A stretch of 64,000 nt of DNA from an uncultured Lachnospiraceae bacterium (GCA_964564225.1 CAZMAF010000001.1:12980-76979), one strand, 5' to 3'; numbered from the stretch's first letter, positions 1-9,890 are shown. The notes: generated by a model not told the origin, from the letters alone. A program made the numbers and translations.

Positions 1-180
1 GAAAACGAGGAGGTCGTGAAGACCGTAAAGGAAGGACTTGCCGCGCGCGGCGGGCACTGTCCCTGCCGATTGGAAATGAGTGAAGATACCAAGTGCATCT
101 GCAGGGAGTTTCGCGCACAGATGGCTGACCCCGATTTTGAGGGTTATTGCCACTGCATGCTTTACTATAAGGAAAAATAA
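1..180 (+). CDS. 3' end of a ferredoxin-thioredoxin-reductase catalytic-subunit-like protein (partial, runs off the window)
   Basis: Frame 1 is open from base 1 to TAA at 178-180. It reads ...GGHCPCRLEMSEDTKCICREFR...GYCHCMLYYKEK, with the CPC / CxC / CHC cysteine pattern typical of the FTR beta family. Confidence 0.45.
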   Translation, partial: ENEEVVKTVKEGLAARGGHCPCRLEMSEDTKCICREFRAQMADPDFEGYCHCMLYYKEK

Positions 181-236
181 TTTTTTGTACGTTTGATCTT
201 GTACTGTGACAGAAGAAGGAAAGTAGAGGTAGATTT

Positions 237-1841
237 ATGACAAAGAGAGTTCTCATCGGTACGGCTTGGCCGTATGCCAATAATCATCTGCACGTCGGTC
301 ACTTAGCGGCGCTTTTGCCGAGTGACGTGCTTGCGCGCTATTCGCGTATGAAGGGCTATGAAACGGTGATGGTTTCGGGCTCGGATATGCACGGTACGCC
401 GATTACCGAGCGCGCCAAGAAGGAGGGTGTTTCGCCTGCCGAGATCGCGGGCACTTATCACGCCGAGTTCGTTGACAATTTTGAAAAAATGATGTTTACC
501 TTCGATCTGTATACCAATACCGACACCGATTATCATAAGAAGACGGTGCAGGAATTTCTCGGTATGATTGATAAGAACGGGTATTTGTATGAAACCACCG
601 AAGGTCAGGACTACTGCGAGGAATGCGGTAAGTTTCTTTCTGACCGTGAGCTTGAGGGTAAATGTCCCGATTGCGGTAAGGTAACGCGCGGTGACCAGTG
701 CGAGTTCTGTATGGCGACCTTTGATGCGGATAAAATGACTGACAAGGTTTGTCGCACCTGCAAAAAGGCGACGGTACAGCGTACCAATAAGCATCTGATG
801 TTCCGTTTGTCCGCTTTTCAGGAAGGCATTGAGGCTTTTGCCGCTAAATACGGTATGGAATGGCGTTGGAACGCTATCAATGAAACCAAGAAGTATCTTG
901 ATCAGGGTCTTCCCGACAGAGCGGTTACCCGCGATCTCGATTGGGGTGTTGAAGTACCTCTGCCCGGTTATGAGACCAAGCGTGTTTACGTCTGGTTTGA
1001 GGCGGTGCTTGGCTATCTTACCACCTGTAAGAGAGTTTGTGAGGAACGCGGTATTGATTTCAACGAGTTTATGAAGAAGGACTCGGGTCTTTCGGCATAC
1101 TACGTACACGGCAAGGATAATATTCCTTTCCATACCGTTATTTTCCCTGCGCTTCAGATGGCGATTGATCCCGAAATGCAGCTTCCCACGCATATCGTAT
1201 CGAGTGAGTATGTCAATATGAACGATGAAAAGATGTCGAAATCGAAGGGTAATCTGATCTCGGTCAGCGACCTTGCTGAAAATTATCCCATTGATGCCGT
1301 CCGTTTCTACACGATGCTTTACAATCCGGAGAAGCGTGACGTTAACTTCTCGATTTCCGATATGATTATGACCTTCAATAAGTTCCTTTGCGGCGGCTTC
1401 GGTAACTTTGTCAACCGTAACCTTTCCTTCCTTGTGAAAAAATTTGAGGGCGTTGTTCCCGCCGGAAAAGTCGAGGATGAGGTGAAAGCGCACGTTGAGG
1501 GACTGTATACGACGATTGGCGATATGATTGAAAAGGGCGAGCTTCGCTCGGCTACTGAGGCGATGGTTGAGTTCATTCAATATGCGAATAAGTATTACGA
1601 TGAGGCGAAGCCTTGGGTGGCGGCGAAGGAGGATCTCACTCGTTTCGGTGATATTACCGCTACTTGCCTCTATATGATCGCGAATATGGCAAATCTGTTT
1701 GCTCCCGTGATCCCCGTCGGTACGGATGCGCTTCGTAAGATGCTCTCGCTTCCCGAAGCAAAGTGGGAGGTAATTACTTTACCTGAAACCTTTACGCTGG
1801 GCGATATCGCGATCCTCTATACCAAGATCGACGAAAAGTAA
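237..1841 (+). CDS. metG: Methionyl-tRNA synthetase (short form with zinc knuckles)
   Basis: 534 aa. HVGH (HIGH-class) and KMSKS motifs are present, with CEECG/CPDCG/CEFC/CRTC zinc knuckles. An RBS precedes the ATG. Confidence 0.95.
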   Translation: MTKRVLIGTAWPYANNHLHVGHLAALLPSDVLARYSRMKGYETVMVSGSDMHGTPITERAKKEGVSPAEIAGTYHAEFVDNFEKMMFTFDLYTNTDTDYHKKTVQEFLGMIDKNGYLYETTEGQDYCEECGKFLSDRELEGKCPDCGKVTRGDQCEFCMATFDADKMTDKVCRTCKKATVQRTNKHLMFRLSAFQEGIEAFAAKYGMEWRWNAINETKKYLDQGLPDRAVTRDLDWGVEVPLPGYETKRVYVWFEAVLGYLTTCKRVCEERGIDFNEFMKKDSGLSAYYVHGKDNIPFHTVIFPALQMAIDPEMQLPTHIVSSEYVNMNDEKMSKSKGNLISVSDLAENYPIDAVRFYTMLYNPEKRDVNFSISDMIMTFNKFLCGGFGNFVNRNLSFLVKKFEGVVPAGKVEDEVKAHVEGLYTTIGDMIEKGELRSATEAMVEFIQYANKYYDEAKPWVAAKEDLTRFGDITATCLYMIANMANLFAPVIPVGTDALRKMLSLPEAKWEVITLPETFTLGDIAILYTKIDEK

Positions 1842-1856
1842 GCGTTCAATAATGAT

Positions 1857-1895
1857 AAAACCGCCGCAGACGATACAATTGTCCGCGGCGGTTTT
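1857..1895. terminator. Bidirectional hairpin terminator between metG and the convergent membrane-protein gene
   Basis: AAAACCGCCGC..GTC/GAC..GCGGCGGTTTT inverted repeat flanked by A and T runs. Confidence 0.6.
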
Positions 1896-2733
1896 ATGAT
1901 GCTTTACCGTTTTTTGGGGGTGGCGTTTTATATTTGGGAATAAATTGTCTTGCAAATTTGCCTCTGCCGCGATATTTAACGTAAAAAAAGCCGATGATGC
2001 TGAAGACGGTAGCGCCAATGAAGTTGACGAAAAGATCCTTCATCGTATCAATCAGACCGATATCGAGATAACCGTCAATCGTGACGGTATTGCCGTCCTT
2101 CATCGTGATTACGGTCTTGACGATATTTTCAAGTGCTGTTACGCGATTCTTTCTCTCAGAATCAAAGCGGATGGAATAGATGCTTGTGATGAGGCTGTCC
2201 TTTTGCATATCCTTGAGCATCAGTGAATCAATGCTGAATTCGATGAATTCCCACGCAACACCGACCGTCATTGAGAAACAAAAGGCGACGAAGGCGAGAA
2301 AAACGGGGGATACTTCCTGACTTTTCGATTTTCCGCGGCTTAAAATATCAACGAGCGAAAAACCGAATGCCGCGAACATAAAGCCGCAGACGGTATGAAG
2401 CAGGGTATCCCAGATGGGTACGCGCTCGTAGAAGTTGGCGATTTCTCCGAGGACTTCCGCCGCGAAGACGAAAACGAAGGCGATGATCTCAAGCGCTGTC
2501 GGTAATTCGATATGCGCGGTTTTTTCAACAAGAGGCGGAATGAAATAGAGAAGAACGGCAAGAAAGGAAATGAAGACGTTTTCCCACCGTCCTATGAATG
2601 CCGAGCGAAGTGCGACAGTGCCGGTCAGAACGAGCAGAACGAGATAAACGCGGTATGCGTTTTGGTTTTGGCGCATTTCGTGAAAAAGCGAAGGGCTTTG
2701 ACGGTCAGCGCGTTTTTTTGTTTTTTTTGACAC
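1894..2733 (-). CDS. Polytopic membrane protein of unknown function
   Basis: 279 aa with a GTG start preceded by AGGAAAAAAC. It has a basic N-terminus and about 6 hydrophobic helices. I did not recognise a catalytic motif. Confidence 0.6.
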   Translation of the reverse strand: MSKKTKKRADRQSPSLFHEMRQNQNAYRVYLVLLVLTGTVALRSAFIGRWENVFISFLAVLLYFIPPLVEKTAHIELPTALEIIAFVFVFAAEVLGEIANFYERVPIWDTLLHTVCGFMFAAFGFSLVDILSRGKSKSQEVSPVFLAFVAFCFSMTVGVAWEFIEFSIDSLMLKDMQKDSLITSIYSIRFDSERKNRVTALENIVKTVITMKDGNTVTIDGYLDIGLIDTMKDLFVNFIGATVFSIIGFFYVKYRGRGKFARQFIPKYKTPPPKNGKAS

Positions 2734-3004
2734 GTTTTTTCCTTTCTTGTGTATGGGATACGATTATATCATAGTATGGGATGTGTTTTGAAATATTTTG
2801 CATTTTTGAATAAAGTTTTTCGGCATTTTTCAGAAGTTTAATTTCAGAGAGTGAATGAATTTATCAATAAAAAATGATAAATTAAAAAAATTCAAAAAAA
2901 ATAAAAAAATTATAAAAAAATTCTTTTATTTTTGAAAAAAGTGTGCTATAATCATTCCAGAGCCTATTTCAATCGGTTCAGGACATCGAATCAGTGGGGA
3001 CAGT

Positions 3005-3721
3005 ATGCAGAACGAATTACCGATCAACGAAGGAAAACAGATTGCCGTCACACTTGACGGCATCAGCTATCAGCGCATTCCCATCAAAACCAAGCTCATT
3101 GTCAAGGACGACGATATTGCAAAGGTTGCCAAGGAAAGCGCGGGGGCGTATCTGAAGGAAGGAGATATTCTTTTTATTTCCGAAAAGGCGGTTGCCTGCT
3201 CGCAAGGTCGCGCCATTCCGATGGCAGATATTAAACCGCGCCGTCTTGCCAGGTTTTTGACGAAATTTGTATATAAAAGTCCTTACGGCATTGGACTCGG
3301 TATTCCCGAAACGATGGAAATGGCGCTTCGTGAATGCGGTGTTTTGCGTATTCTTTTTGCGGCGGGCTGTTCTGCTCTCGGCAAGCTGTTCCGTCGGCGG
3401 GGATGGTTTTATAAGGTGGCGGGCTATAAGGCGCGCTCAATCGACGGTCCTACGCAGAATACGATACCGCCCTATAACAACTACGTCGTGCTGGGTCCGA
3501 AAAAGCCAAACGAGGTAGCAAAGACTGTTTCGGATAAGCTCGGCTGTACGGTTTTGGTCGTCGACATCAACGATATTGACGGCGTGATTCTCGGATCATC
3601 GGACAAAACGCTTGATCGATCGCTTTTTGTCCGTATTTTAAAGGATAATCCGCTCGGGCAGGACTGTCAGCAGACACCGATGGGCATTATCCGTCGAAGC
3701 AACGATATTTTGGGAAATTAA
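3005..3721 (+). CDS. CofE-like (F420-0:gamma-glutamyl ligase family) protein
   Basis: 238 aa. The family-like segments GDILFISEKAVACSQGR and VVDINDIDG were recognised from memory and need HMM confirmation. Confidence 0.55.
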   Translation: MQNELPINEGKQIAVTLDGISYQRIPIKTKLIVKDDDIAKVAKESAGAYLKEGDILFISEKAVACSQGRAIPMADIKPRRLARFLTKFVYKSPYGIGLGIPETMEMALRECGVLRILFAAGCSALGKLFRRRGWFYKVAGYKARSIDGPTQNTIPPYNNYVVLGPKKPNEVAKTVSDKLGCTVLVVDINDIDGVILGSSDKTLDRSLFVRILKDNPLGQDCQQTPMGIIRRSNDILGN

Positions 3722-3751
3722 TCCCTCCATATAAAAAGAAAGGAATAAAAA

Positions 3752-4210
3752 ATGGATATTATTGACATCAAGATTTTGAACATCCTCAAAGAAAATGCAA
3801 GAACCAAGGCATCCGCGATTGCCGATCAGATCGATCTTTCGATCTCCGCTGTTACCGAGCGTATCAAAAAGCTCGAACAGAGCGGTATTATCGACAAGTA
3901 TACGCTGATCGTGAATCAAAAGAAGGTCGGTAATGACATTTCTGCCATTATGGAAGTTTCGATTGACCATCCCAGCCATATTGATTCCTTTATCAAATTT
4001 GTCAATGACACACAGAATATCATTTCCTGTTATTGTGTAACGGGTGATTTCGATTTTATTCTGAAGATTATGATTGACTCCTCGGAGGGTCTTGAACAGC
4101 TTTACCGCATGGTCAAGGGCTTTGAGGGCGTAAAGGCGACTAAGACCTATATTATTTTGAAAAATATTAAAAACGACCTGACACTCATTCCTGAAACGCT
4201 GGCAAACTGA
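3752..4210 (+). CDS. Lrp/AsnC family transcriptional regulator
   Basis: 152 aa. N-terminal HTH (DIKILNILKENARTKASAIADQIDLSISAVTERIKKLE) followed by a RAM/AsnC_trans_reg-type C-terminal domain. Confidence 0.85.
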   Translation: MDIIDIKILNILKENARTKASAIADQIDLSISAVTERIKKLEQSGIIDKYTLIVNQKKVGNDISAIMEVSIDHPSHIDSFIKFVNDTQNIISCYCVTGDFDFILKIMIDSSEGLEQLYRMVKGFEGVKATKTYIILKNIKNDLTLIPETLAN

Positions 4211-4369
4211 TTCGGGTAGAACGGTTTTGTGAATAATTCCCACAATTTTCTGTCAAAATACGCAATATTTCTACAGGATTTTTTGTCGAAAGCTCTTCAC
4301 AAAACCGTTTTTTTGTGGTACACTGATGGTGTTATTTTCAATTTAATCAACGATTCTTTGGAGGAAATC

Positions 4370-5488
4370 ATGAGCGAGCTTTTTGGAGAACTTAGTGTAA
4401 TCGGTATGCGTGGCTGCGAGGATTTTACAAAGCAGGTTGACCGTTATCTGATGGAGTCGCGTAATTCCCCCCGCAGCTTTGTTGTAGAGGCTGACTGCCC
4501 CCGTTTCGGCAGCGGTGAGGCAAAGGGTTGTTTGCATCAGTCGATGCGCGGTCACGATGTTTTTATCGTCAGTGACGTTTTCAATTACGGTGTGACCTAT
4601 AAAATGTACGAGCGCATCGTTCCGATGAGTCCGGACGATCATTTTCAGGACCTGAAGCGCATTATTGCCGCAATCGGTGGCAAGGCAAGACGTATTTCCA
4701 TTATTATGCCTATGTTGTATGAGGGCAGACAGCATAAGAGAACGGGCAGAGAGTCGCTCGACTGTGCGATCGCTCTCCAGGAGCTTGTCAATATGGGTGT
4801 TGAAAACATTATCACTTTTGACGCTCACGATGCTCGCGTACAGAATGCAATCCCGCTCAGCGGTTTTGAAAACGTGCGTTGCACCTATCAGATGATCAAA
4901 TCGCTCGTGAAAAACGTTCCCGGTATTTCCTTCAATAGCGATGATATTGCTATTGTATCGCCTGATGAAGGCGGTATGAGCCGTTGTATCTTCTATTCTT
5001 CGGTTTTGAAGGTCGATCTTGGTATGTTCTATAAGCGCCGTAACTTCTCGGTTATTATTGACGGTAAAAATCCCATTGAAGCGCATGAATATCTCGGTAA
5101 GAGCGTGCGTGGTAAGGACGTTATCGTTGTTGACGATATGATTTCGTCCGGCGGCTCGATTATTGACGTTGCCAAGCAGCTCAAGGAAAAGGGTGCTAAG
5201 AGAATTTTTGTATTCTCGACCTTTGGTCTTTTCTGCAACGGTCTTGAGATCATGGACAAGGCTTATGAGGAAGGCCTGATTGATAAGATTTTTACCACCA
5301 ATCTGATCTACCGTCCCGCAGAGCTTATCGCACGTCCTTGGTACGCCGAGGTCAATATGTGCAAGTACGTTGCGCTGATCGTCGATACGCTCAATCACGA
5401 CGAGTCGATCGCTTCGCTTCTCAATCCCGCGACACGTATTCATAATTTCATTGATCGCAAGGTCGCCGAAGGCGTTCTGAAGGTATAA
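4370..5488 (+). CDS. prs: Ribose-phosphate pyrophosphokinase
   Basis: The ORF track starts at 4229, but GGAGGAAATC-ATG at 4370 is the supported start. PRPP-binding loop VVDDMISSGGS; FDAHD motif. Confidence 0.9.
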   Translation: MSELFGELSVIGMRGCEDFTKQVDRYLMESRNSPRSFVVEADCPRFGSGEAKGCLHQSMRGHDVFIVSDVFNYGVTYKMYERIVPMSPDDHFQDLKRIIAAIGGKARRISIIMPMLYEGRQHKRTGRESLDCAIALQELVNMGVENIITFDAHDARVQNAIPLSGFENVRCTYQMIKSLVKNVPGISFNSDDIAIVSPDEGGMSRCIFYSSVLKVDLGMFYKRRNFSVIIDGKNPIEAHEYLGKSVRGKDVIVVDDMISSGGSIIDVAKQLKEKGAKRIFVFSTFGLFCNGLEIMDKAYEEGLIDKIFTTNLIYRPAELIARPWYAEVNMCKYVALIVDTLNHDESIASLLNPATRIHNFIDRKVAEGVLKV

Positions 5489-5504
5489 TTTCAATGTGAT
5501 ACAT

Positions 5505-5547
5505 AAAAATCCCAACCGCATCAAACGATGCGGTTGGGATTTTTTTG
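5505..5547. terminator. Bidirectional terminator (prs / HMA gene)
   Basis: AAAAATCCCAACCGCATC-aaac-GATGCGGTTGGGATTTTTTT. Confidence 0.85.
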
Positions 5548-5566
5548 TGAGAATTTTTTGCTGTGT

Positions 5567-5833
5567 TTATTTCTTTTTGAAAATTTTGGCAAGGACTCCC
5601 TTTTTCTCAACGTCTTCACTTTTAATGTCGGTAACGGTGAAGCCGACGGCTTTTACGGTAGCGGCGATGGATTCGTGATCGAGGGCGATCTCGGTGAGAA
5701 CGGTGGCAGTCTTATCGGTATGCGATACACTTACGCTTTTTACGGCATATTTATCGGCAATTGCCGCCTCAACCTTTGCTGCGCATTTGGGACAGTGCAT
5801 ACCGTCAACGGTTATTGTGATTTTTTTCATCAT
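5567..5833 (-). CDS. Heavy-metal-associated (HMA) domain protein, CopZ-like chaperone
   Basis: 88 aa. Contains the GMHCPKC metal-binding motif (MxCxxC) in a ferredoxin-like fold context. Confidence 0.85.
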   Translation of the reverse strand: MMKKITITVDGMHCPKCAAKVEAAIADKYAVKSVSVSHTDKTATVLTEIALDHESIAATVKAVGFTVTDIKSEDVEKKGVLAKIFKKK

Positions 5834-5947
5834 AAAGCTCCTTATTTTTACTTGCGGGGAAAGCCTCGCCTTTCAAAAAATTTAAAAAACAGAGAAAAAT
5901 CGTACGGTAACGTATCGTCTGAAAGTTTTTGAAAAGTCTTCCCGATA

Positions 5948-5976
5948 AGTATAGCACGAATTTTTGGATTTGTCAA
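5948..5976 (-). promoter_or_regulatory. Sigma-A type promoter for the HMA gene
   Basis: On the minus strand, TTGACA-17 nt-TATACT. It overlaps the stop codon of the upstream gene. Confidence 0.5.
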
Positions 5977-6884
5977 ATGATTGCCATAAAAATCAGTGTG
6001 AGGACGGTTGATACGAGTCCGATGAGAAGGCGCAGAGAGAAAAGTCGGACAAATGACAGACGGTTCTTCCAGACCGACATACTTTGCAACAGAATGGAAA
6101 ATCCCGAAAAGCCAAGTGCGAAGGCGATCAGGGGAAAGGCGATTCTTTGGGGCAGGGTGGCAAGATGGCGTACTGCCGCCGTCGGTTCTAACAAGAGAAT
6201 GAAGGCGGTGTAAAGTGAAGAAGGCAGGGAAAGCATGGACAGGGCTTTGGCAAGAGTGCCGAAGAAAGTGAGATAGCCGCATAAGACGAGCATGGCGTTT
6301 GTTGCCGATACGATTGACTCTGAAACGAGCGAGAAAAAGGAAGGGGTTTCAAAGGCAAGGGGAGCAGGTGTTGTATTTGTCTCTTTTGGCATAAAGAGAG
6401 CGCCGACGATTAGTGATGACAGCGTTTCTGAAAAGAAGAGCCAAAGACTTGCGCGGCGGTCGCCAATCAGTGAGCCAACGTTAAAATAGAGAAATGCAAA
6501 GCTTGCGTTGTTGGCAAATGCGGCGAGATGCTCGGCTGTAGCATATGTGAGAATACCGCGATCGTGCAGGCGTTTTGAGGCGTATGCTCCCATCGGAAAG
6601 CCTGAAAACAGTCCGATGGCAAGAGCTGGCAGGGCGCTCATCGGCAGAGAAAGAAGGGGAAGTTTTTTGTCGGATACAGGATTTGGCAGGGCAGTCGCCA
6701 TGCCCGTTGCCACGGCAAACAAAAACATCGAGGGTACGAGCTTTGATGCGGCAAAGAGAAGCGCATCATAAGCTGCCTCGGTCAAGGCATCGCCCCGATA
6801 GATGAGCAGGGTGAAAACGGCAAGCGCAATGAGCCACAACAAAAGGATAGAGGAACGCTCTTTGGATTTCAGGGTATGATTCAT
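5973..6884 (-). CDS. YlbJ-like sporulation integral membrane protein (nucleoside-recognition/Gate-domain type)
   Basis: Start moved to ATG 6884 (GGAGG 5 nt upstream). Polytopic. The motifs GFPMGA and FANNASF resemble the YlbJ family, and the gene lies next to yqfC/yqfD. Confidence 0.5.
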   Translation of the reverse strand: MNHTLKSKERSSILLLWLIALAVFTLLIYRGDALTEAAYDALLFAASKLVPSMFLFAVATGMATALPNPVSDKKLPLLSLPMSALPALAIGLFSGFPMGAYASKRLHDRGILTYATAEHLAAFANNASFAFLYFNVGSLIGDRRASLWLFFSETLSSLIVGALFMPKETNTTPAPLAFETPSFFSLVSESIVSATNAMLVLCGYLTFFGTLAKALSMLSLPSSLYTAFILLLEPTAAVRHLATLPQRIAFPLIAFALGFSGFSILLQSMSVWKNRLSFVRLFSLRLLIGLVSTVLTLIFMAII

Positions 6885-6937
6885 AATGCCTCCGAATAGG
6901 TATGGTATTGACAATATAAGAAAGAAAGAGGCTTTTT

Positions 6938-7198
6938 ATGAATTTGCGTTTTTTACGACTGCCGAAGGAGAGCGAAGCATTGTCGCCTCCGTTTTTTATC
7001 AGCGTGTCGGGAGATAGGGAGATCACGCTGTCACCCTGCCGCCGTGTGCTTTTATATGAAAGTGATTGCATTCGTATCGAAACGGTCGGCTGTACCGTTG
7101 AGATTCAGGGAGGGGCTCTTACGTTATCCGCCTATCACGGTCAGGAAGTGCGGATCAAGGGGCTTATTTTGTCGGTAGCAATCGAAAGAGGCGCGTAA
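6938..7198 (+). CDS. yqfC: YabP/YqfC family sporulation protein
   Basis: 86 aa, small beta-rich protein. It sits immediately upstream of yqfD, as in Bacillus. Confidence 0.75.
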   Translation: MNLRFLRLPKESEALSPPFFISVSGDREITLSPCRRVLLYESDCIRIETVGCTVEIQGGALTLSAYHGQEVRIKGLILSVAIERGA

Positions 7199-7199
7199 T

Positions 7200-8363
7200 A
7201 TGTTTTGGCTTTTTGCATATTTTGTGGGATATTACGAGCTTTCTTTTCAAAAGCCGCTGAAAGTGTCGGGGCGTTATCTGAAGGGACGGCTTTCGCTGTT
7301 TTCATTGTTTCGCCAAGGCGACACGATGCTCGGGTACTGTTTAAGCTTTCGAAAACGGCGGTTATTTGCCGAGCTTACGAGAGAGGGGCTTGCGCCCGAT
7401 ACCGTAAAACTGAAAGGATTGCCGCAGTTTTTATATCTCCGCCGTTATCGCGTGGGTGCGCTTCTCGGTATTATTTTCGGCATTTTCCTTTCAATTCTGT
7501 CGGGGCAGTATATCTGGCAGATTGACGTTGTAGGTAATGAAACGCTGACCGACGAGGAGGTTTTGTTGCTTCTTCGCGGTGAGGGTGTCTATGAGGGCGC
7601 GCCGACAAACGCAATTGACGCGCTTGCTGTTGCCAACCGCCTTTGCGAGAAATCGCCTTCACTTGCTTTCGTCGGCGTGAATATTGTCGGTAATCGGGTG
7701 GAGGCAATGGTGCTTGAACACAAGGAAAAGGATACGCCGCTTGCCGACGGTACACCTTCCAATATTGTAGCGAAGAAAAACGGTGTGATCGTGTCGGTGG
7801 CTCTTGAATCGGGGGTGTGCAAGCTGAAGGTGGGGGATACGGTGTCGGCAGGCGAGCTTCTCATTTCGGGGGTTAATCTTTTGCGCAATGAGAAATATCA
7901 CTATCAGCGGGCAAAAGGCGTGGTGCTTGCCGAAACGCTGAACGAGATTTCCGTGACACAGGCGCTTTACCGTTATGAAAAAACTTATACGGGGCGCTAT
8001 TTTGAGGAAAAAACGCTGATTTTTTTTACAAAATCAAAAAAACTTTCAAAAGAGTGTGGAAATTTACCCCTGACTTGTGATAGAATAGAGACGAGGGAGC
8101 GCGTGATGCTGTTTGGTAAAGTGCCGCTGCCCATCTGGATCAAAGTGGTGAGTTATCGTGAGTTCGTCCCTGTGGAAATTGCGCTTTCCGAGGAGGAAGC
8201 CATCCGTCTTGCCCGTGAGAAGATTCTCATCGGGCTGTCAGAAGAACCTCTCGTTTCCTATCAGGAAAACATAACGACCGACGGCGACTCAGTGACGCTT
8301 ACCGTGATCTATCGCGCCATAGAGGATATTGCCCAGGAGTATCTTCTGTTTGACCTGCCGTAA
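7200..8363 (+). CDS. yqfD: Sporulation protein YqfD
   Basis: 387 aa with a single TM segment (LLGIIFGIFLSILSG). It occupies the conserved position between yqfC and phoH. Confidence 0.75.
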   Translation: MFWLFAYFVGYYELSFQKPLKVSGRYLKGRLSLFSLFRQGDTMLGYCLSFRKRRLFAELTREGLAPDTVKLKGLPQFLYLRRYRVGALLGIIFGIFLSILSGQYIWQIDVVGNETLTDEEVLLLLRGEGVYEGAPTNAIDALAVANRLCEKSPSLAFVGVNIVGNRVEAMVLEHKEKDTPLADGTPSNIVAKKNGVIVSVALESGVCKLKVGDTVSAGELLISGVNLLRNEKYHYQRAKGVVLAETLNEISVTQALYRYEKTYTGRYFEEKTLIFFTKSKKLSKECGNLPLTCDRIETRERVMLFGKVPLPIWIKVVSYREFVPVEIALSEEEAIRLAREKILIGLSEEPLVSYQENITTDGDSVTLTVIYRAIEDIAQEYLLFDLP

Positions 8364-8414
8364 GGGGTTGTGCGGCAGTAACCGACTCTTCAAAAGAAAG
8401 GAAGGATACAACCG

Positions 8415-9425
8415 ATGATAGAAAAAACCTTTTTAACCGATTCCGCCGATCAGGCAATGATGATTTTTGGGGCGTATGACGCCAATCTTTCGCTGATTGA
8501 GGACCGTTTTCACGTTAAAGTCTTTAACCGCGACGGTGTGGTGGTGATATCGGGAGATGAGGAAGGCGTGAAGTACGCCTACGATGCACTCAGCTATTTA
8601 AAAAAGCTCGCTCTGCTGGGCGAGGAGCTGTCTGCGCAAAAGACAGAATACGTGATGAATATGGTCGCCGAGGGGGAGGGCGAGGCGCTTGACGAAATGG
8701 AAAAGGGCTGTGTTCTCATTACCTCGCGCGGCAAGCCGATCAAGGCAAAGACCGTCGGACAGAAGCAGTACGTTGACAAGATCGCCAAGAACACAGTGGT
8801 TTTCGGCGTTGGTCCTGCGGGTACGGGCAAGACGTTTCTGGCAGTTGCGATGGCAGTGGCGGCGCTTCGTCGCAAGGAAGTGGCGAGGATCGTTTTAACG
8901 CGCCCTGCCGTGGAAGCCGGCGAAAAGCTCGGGTATTTGCCCGGTGACCTTCAGACTAAGATTGATCCGTATCTGCGCCCTTTGTACGATGCGCTTTTTG
9001 AAATGATGGGTTCTGAAGGTTATGCGCGCAACATGGAAAAGGGCGTTATTGAGATCGCGCCTCTTGCTTATATGCGCGGCAGAACGCTTGATGACAGCTT
9101 TATTATTCTTGACGAGGCGCAGAATACCACGCCCGAGCAGATGAAGATGTTTCTCACCCGTCTCGGCGTTTCGTCGAAGGCGATCATTACGGGCGATATT
9201 ACCCAGACAGACCTGCCGTTTGGCAAGGAAAGCGGTCTTGTGGAAGCACTTTCGATTCTCGACGGTATTGAGGAAATCGCCATTCACCGTTTTACCGAAA
9301 AAGACGTGGTGCGTCACAGACTTGTGCAGAAGATCATTTTGGCCTACGATAAGGTAAGCCGCGATAGAGCGGCACAGCGACATAACGGGCAAAAGCCCGG
9401 CAAGGTCTATCGTAGGAAGGAGTAA
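8415..9425 (+). CDS. phoH: PhoH family ATPase
   Basis: 336 aa. Walker A GPAGTGKT and Walker B ILDEAQN. Confidence 0.9.
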   Translation: MIEKTFLTDSADQAMMIFGAYDANLSLIEDRFHVKVFNRDGVVVISGDEEGVKYAYDALSYLKKLALLGEELSAQKTEYVMNMVAEGEGEALDEMEKGCVLITSRGKPIKAKTVGQKQYVDKIAKNTVVFGVGPAGTGKTFLAVAMAVAALRRKEVARIVLTRPAVEAGEKLGYLPGDLQTKIDPYLRPLYDALFEMMGSEGYARNMEKGVIEIAPLAYMRGRTLDDSFIILDEAQNTTPEQMKMFLTRLGVSSKAIITGDITQTDLPFGKESGLVEALSILDGIEEIAIHRFTEKDVVRHRLVQKIILAYDKVSRDRAAQRHNGQKPGKVYRRKE

Positions 9426-9428
9426 GAA

Positions 9429-9890
9429 GTGAAGCATAACGTAATGATCGAAAACAGTCAGAATCAGGTGAAATTTACGCTTTCTCACCGCCGTCTGATT
9501 AAAAAGGCTATTGCTAAGGCGCTTCTCCATGAAGGCTTTGGGCGTTCAGCCGAGATTTCGGTAACGATCGTTGATAATGAAATGATTCGCAAGATCAATA
9601 AAGAGCATCGCGGTATTGACCGACCGACCGATGTGTTATCGTTTCCGATGTTTGATGAGGATTTCGGGGATGGCGAGGATGCCGTTCTTGGCGATATTGT
9701 GCTTTCGCTTGAAAAGGCGGTGGAGCAGGCAGAGGCATACGGACATTCGCTTCGTCGCGAGATCGCTTTTCTGACGGTGCATTCTTTGCTTCATCTTCTC
9801 GGGTACGATCACGAGGAAGGAAAAGCGGAGGAAAGCGAGATGTTTTCCCGTCAGGAAGCTATTTTAACTATTTTGAATTTAACGAGATAA
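9429..9890 (+). CDS. ybeY: rRNA maturation endoribonuclease YbeY
   Basis: 153 aa. Zinc motif HSLLHLLGYDH. GTG start with GGAG upstream. Confidence 0.9.
   Translation: MKHNVMIENSQNQVKFTLSHRRLIKKAIAKALLHEGFGRSAEISVTIVDNEMIRKINKEHRGIDRPTDVLSFPMFDEDFGDGEDAVLGDIVLSLEKAVEQAEAYGHSLRREIAFLTVHSLLHLLGYDHEEGKAEESEMFSRQEAILTILNLTR

Noticed and set aside
303-1580. A 425-aa ORF antisense to metG. Similar long antisense ORFs lie at 4343-5524 (opposite prs), 12680-13846 (opposite mutS2), 41242-42111 (opposite relA), 54491-55720 (opposite the acyl-CoA ligase fusion) and 62769-63473.
   Set aside because: Each lies entirely inside a gene with strong motif support on the other strand. Their translations are Arg/His/Asn-rich with no motifs. 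They are shadow ORFs produced by the codon bias of the real genes.
5880-5925. Possible CsoR/CopY-type operator upstream of the HMA gene (TACGgtaaCGTA).
   Set aside because: It is only a 4-bp inverted repeat and does not match the CopY box (TACAnnTGTA) or the CsoR GC-rich palindrome. It is too weak to call.
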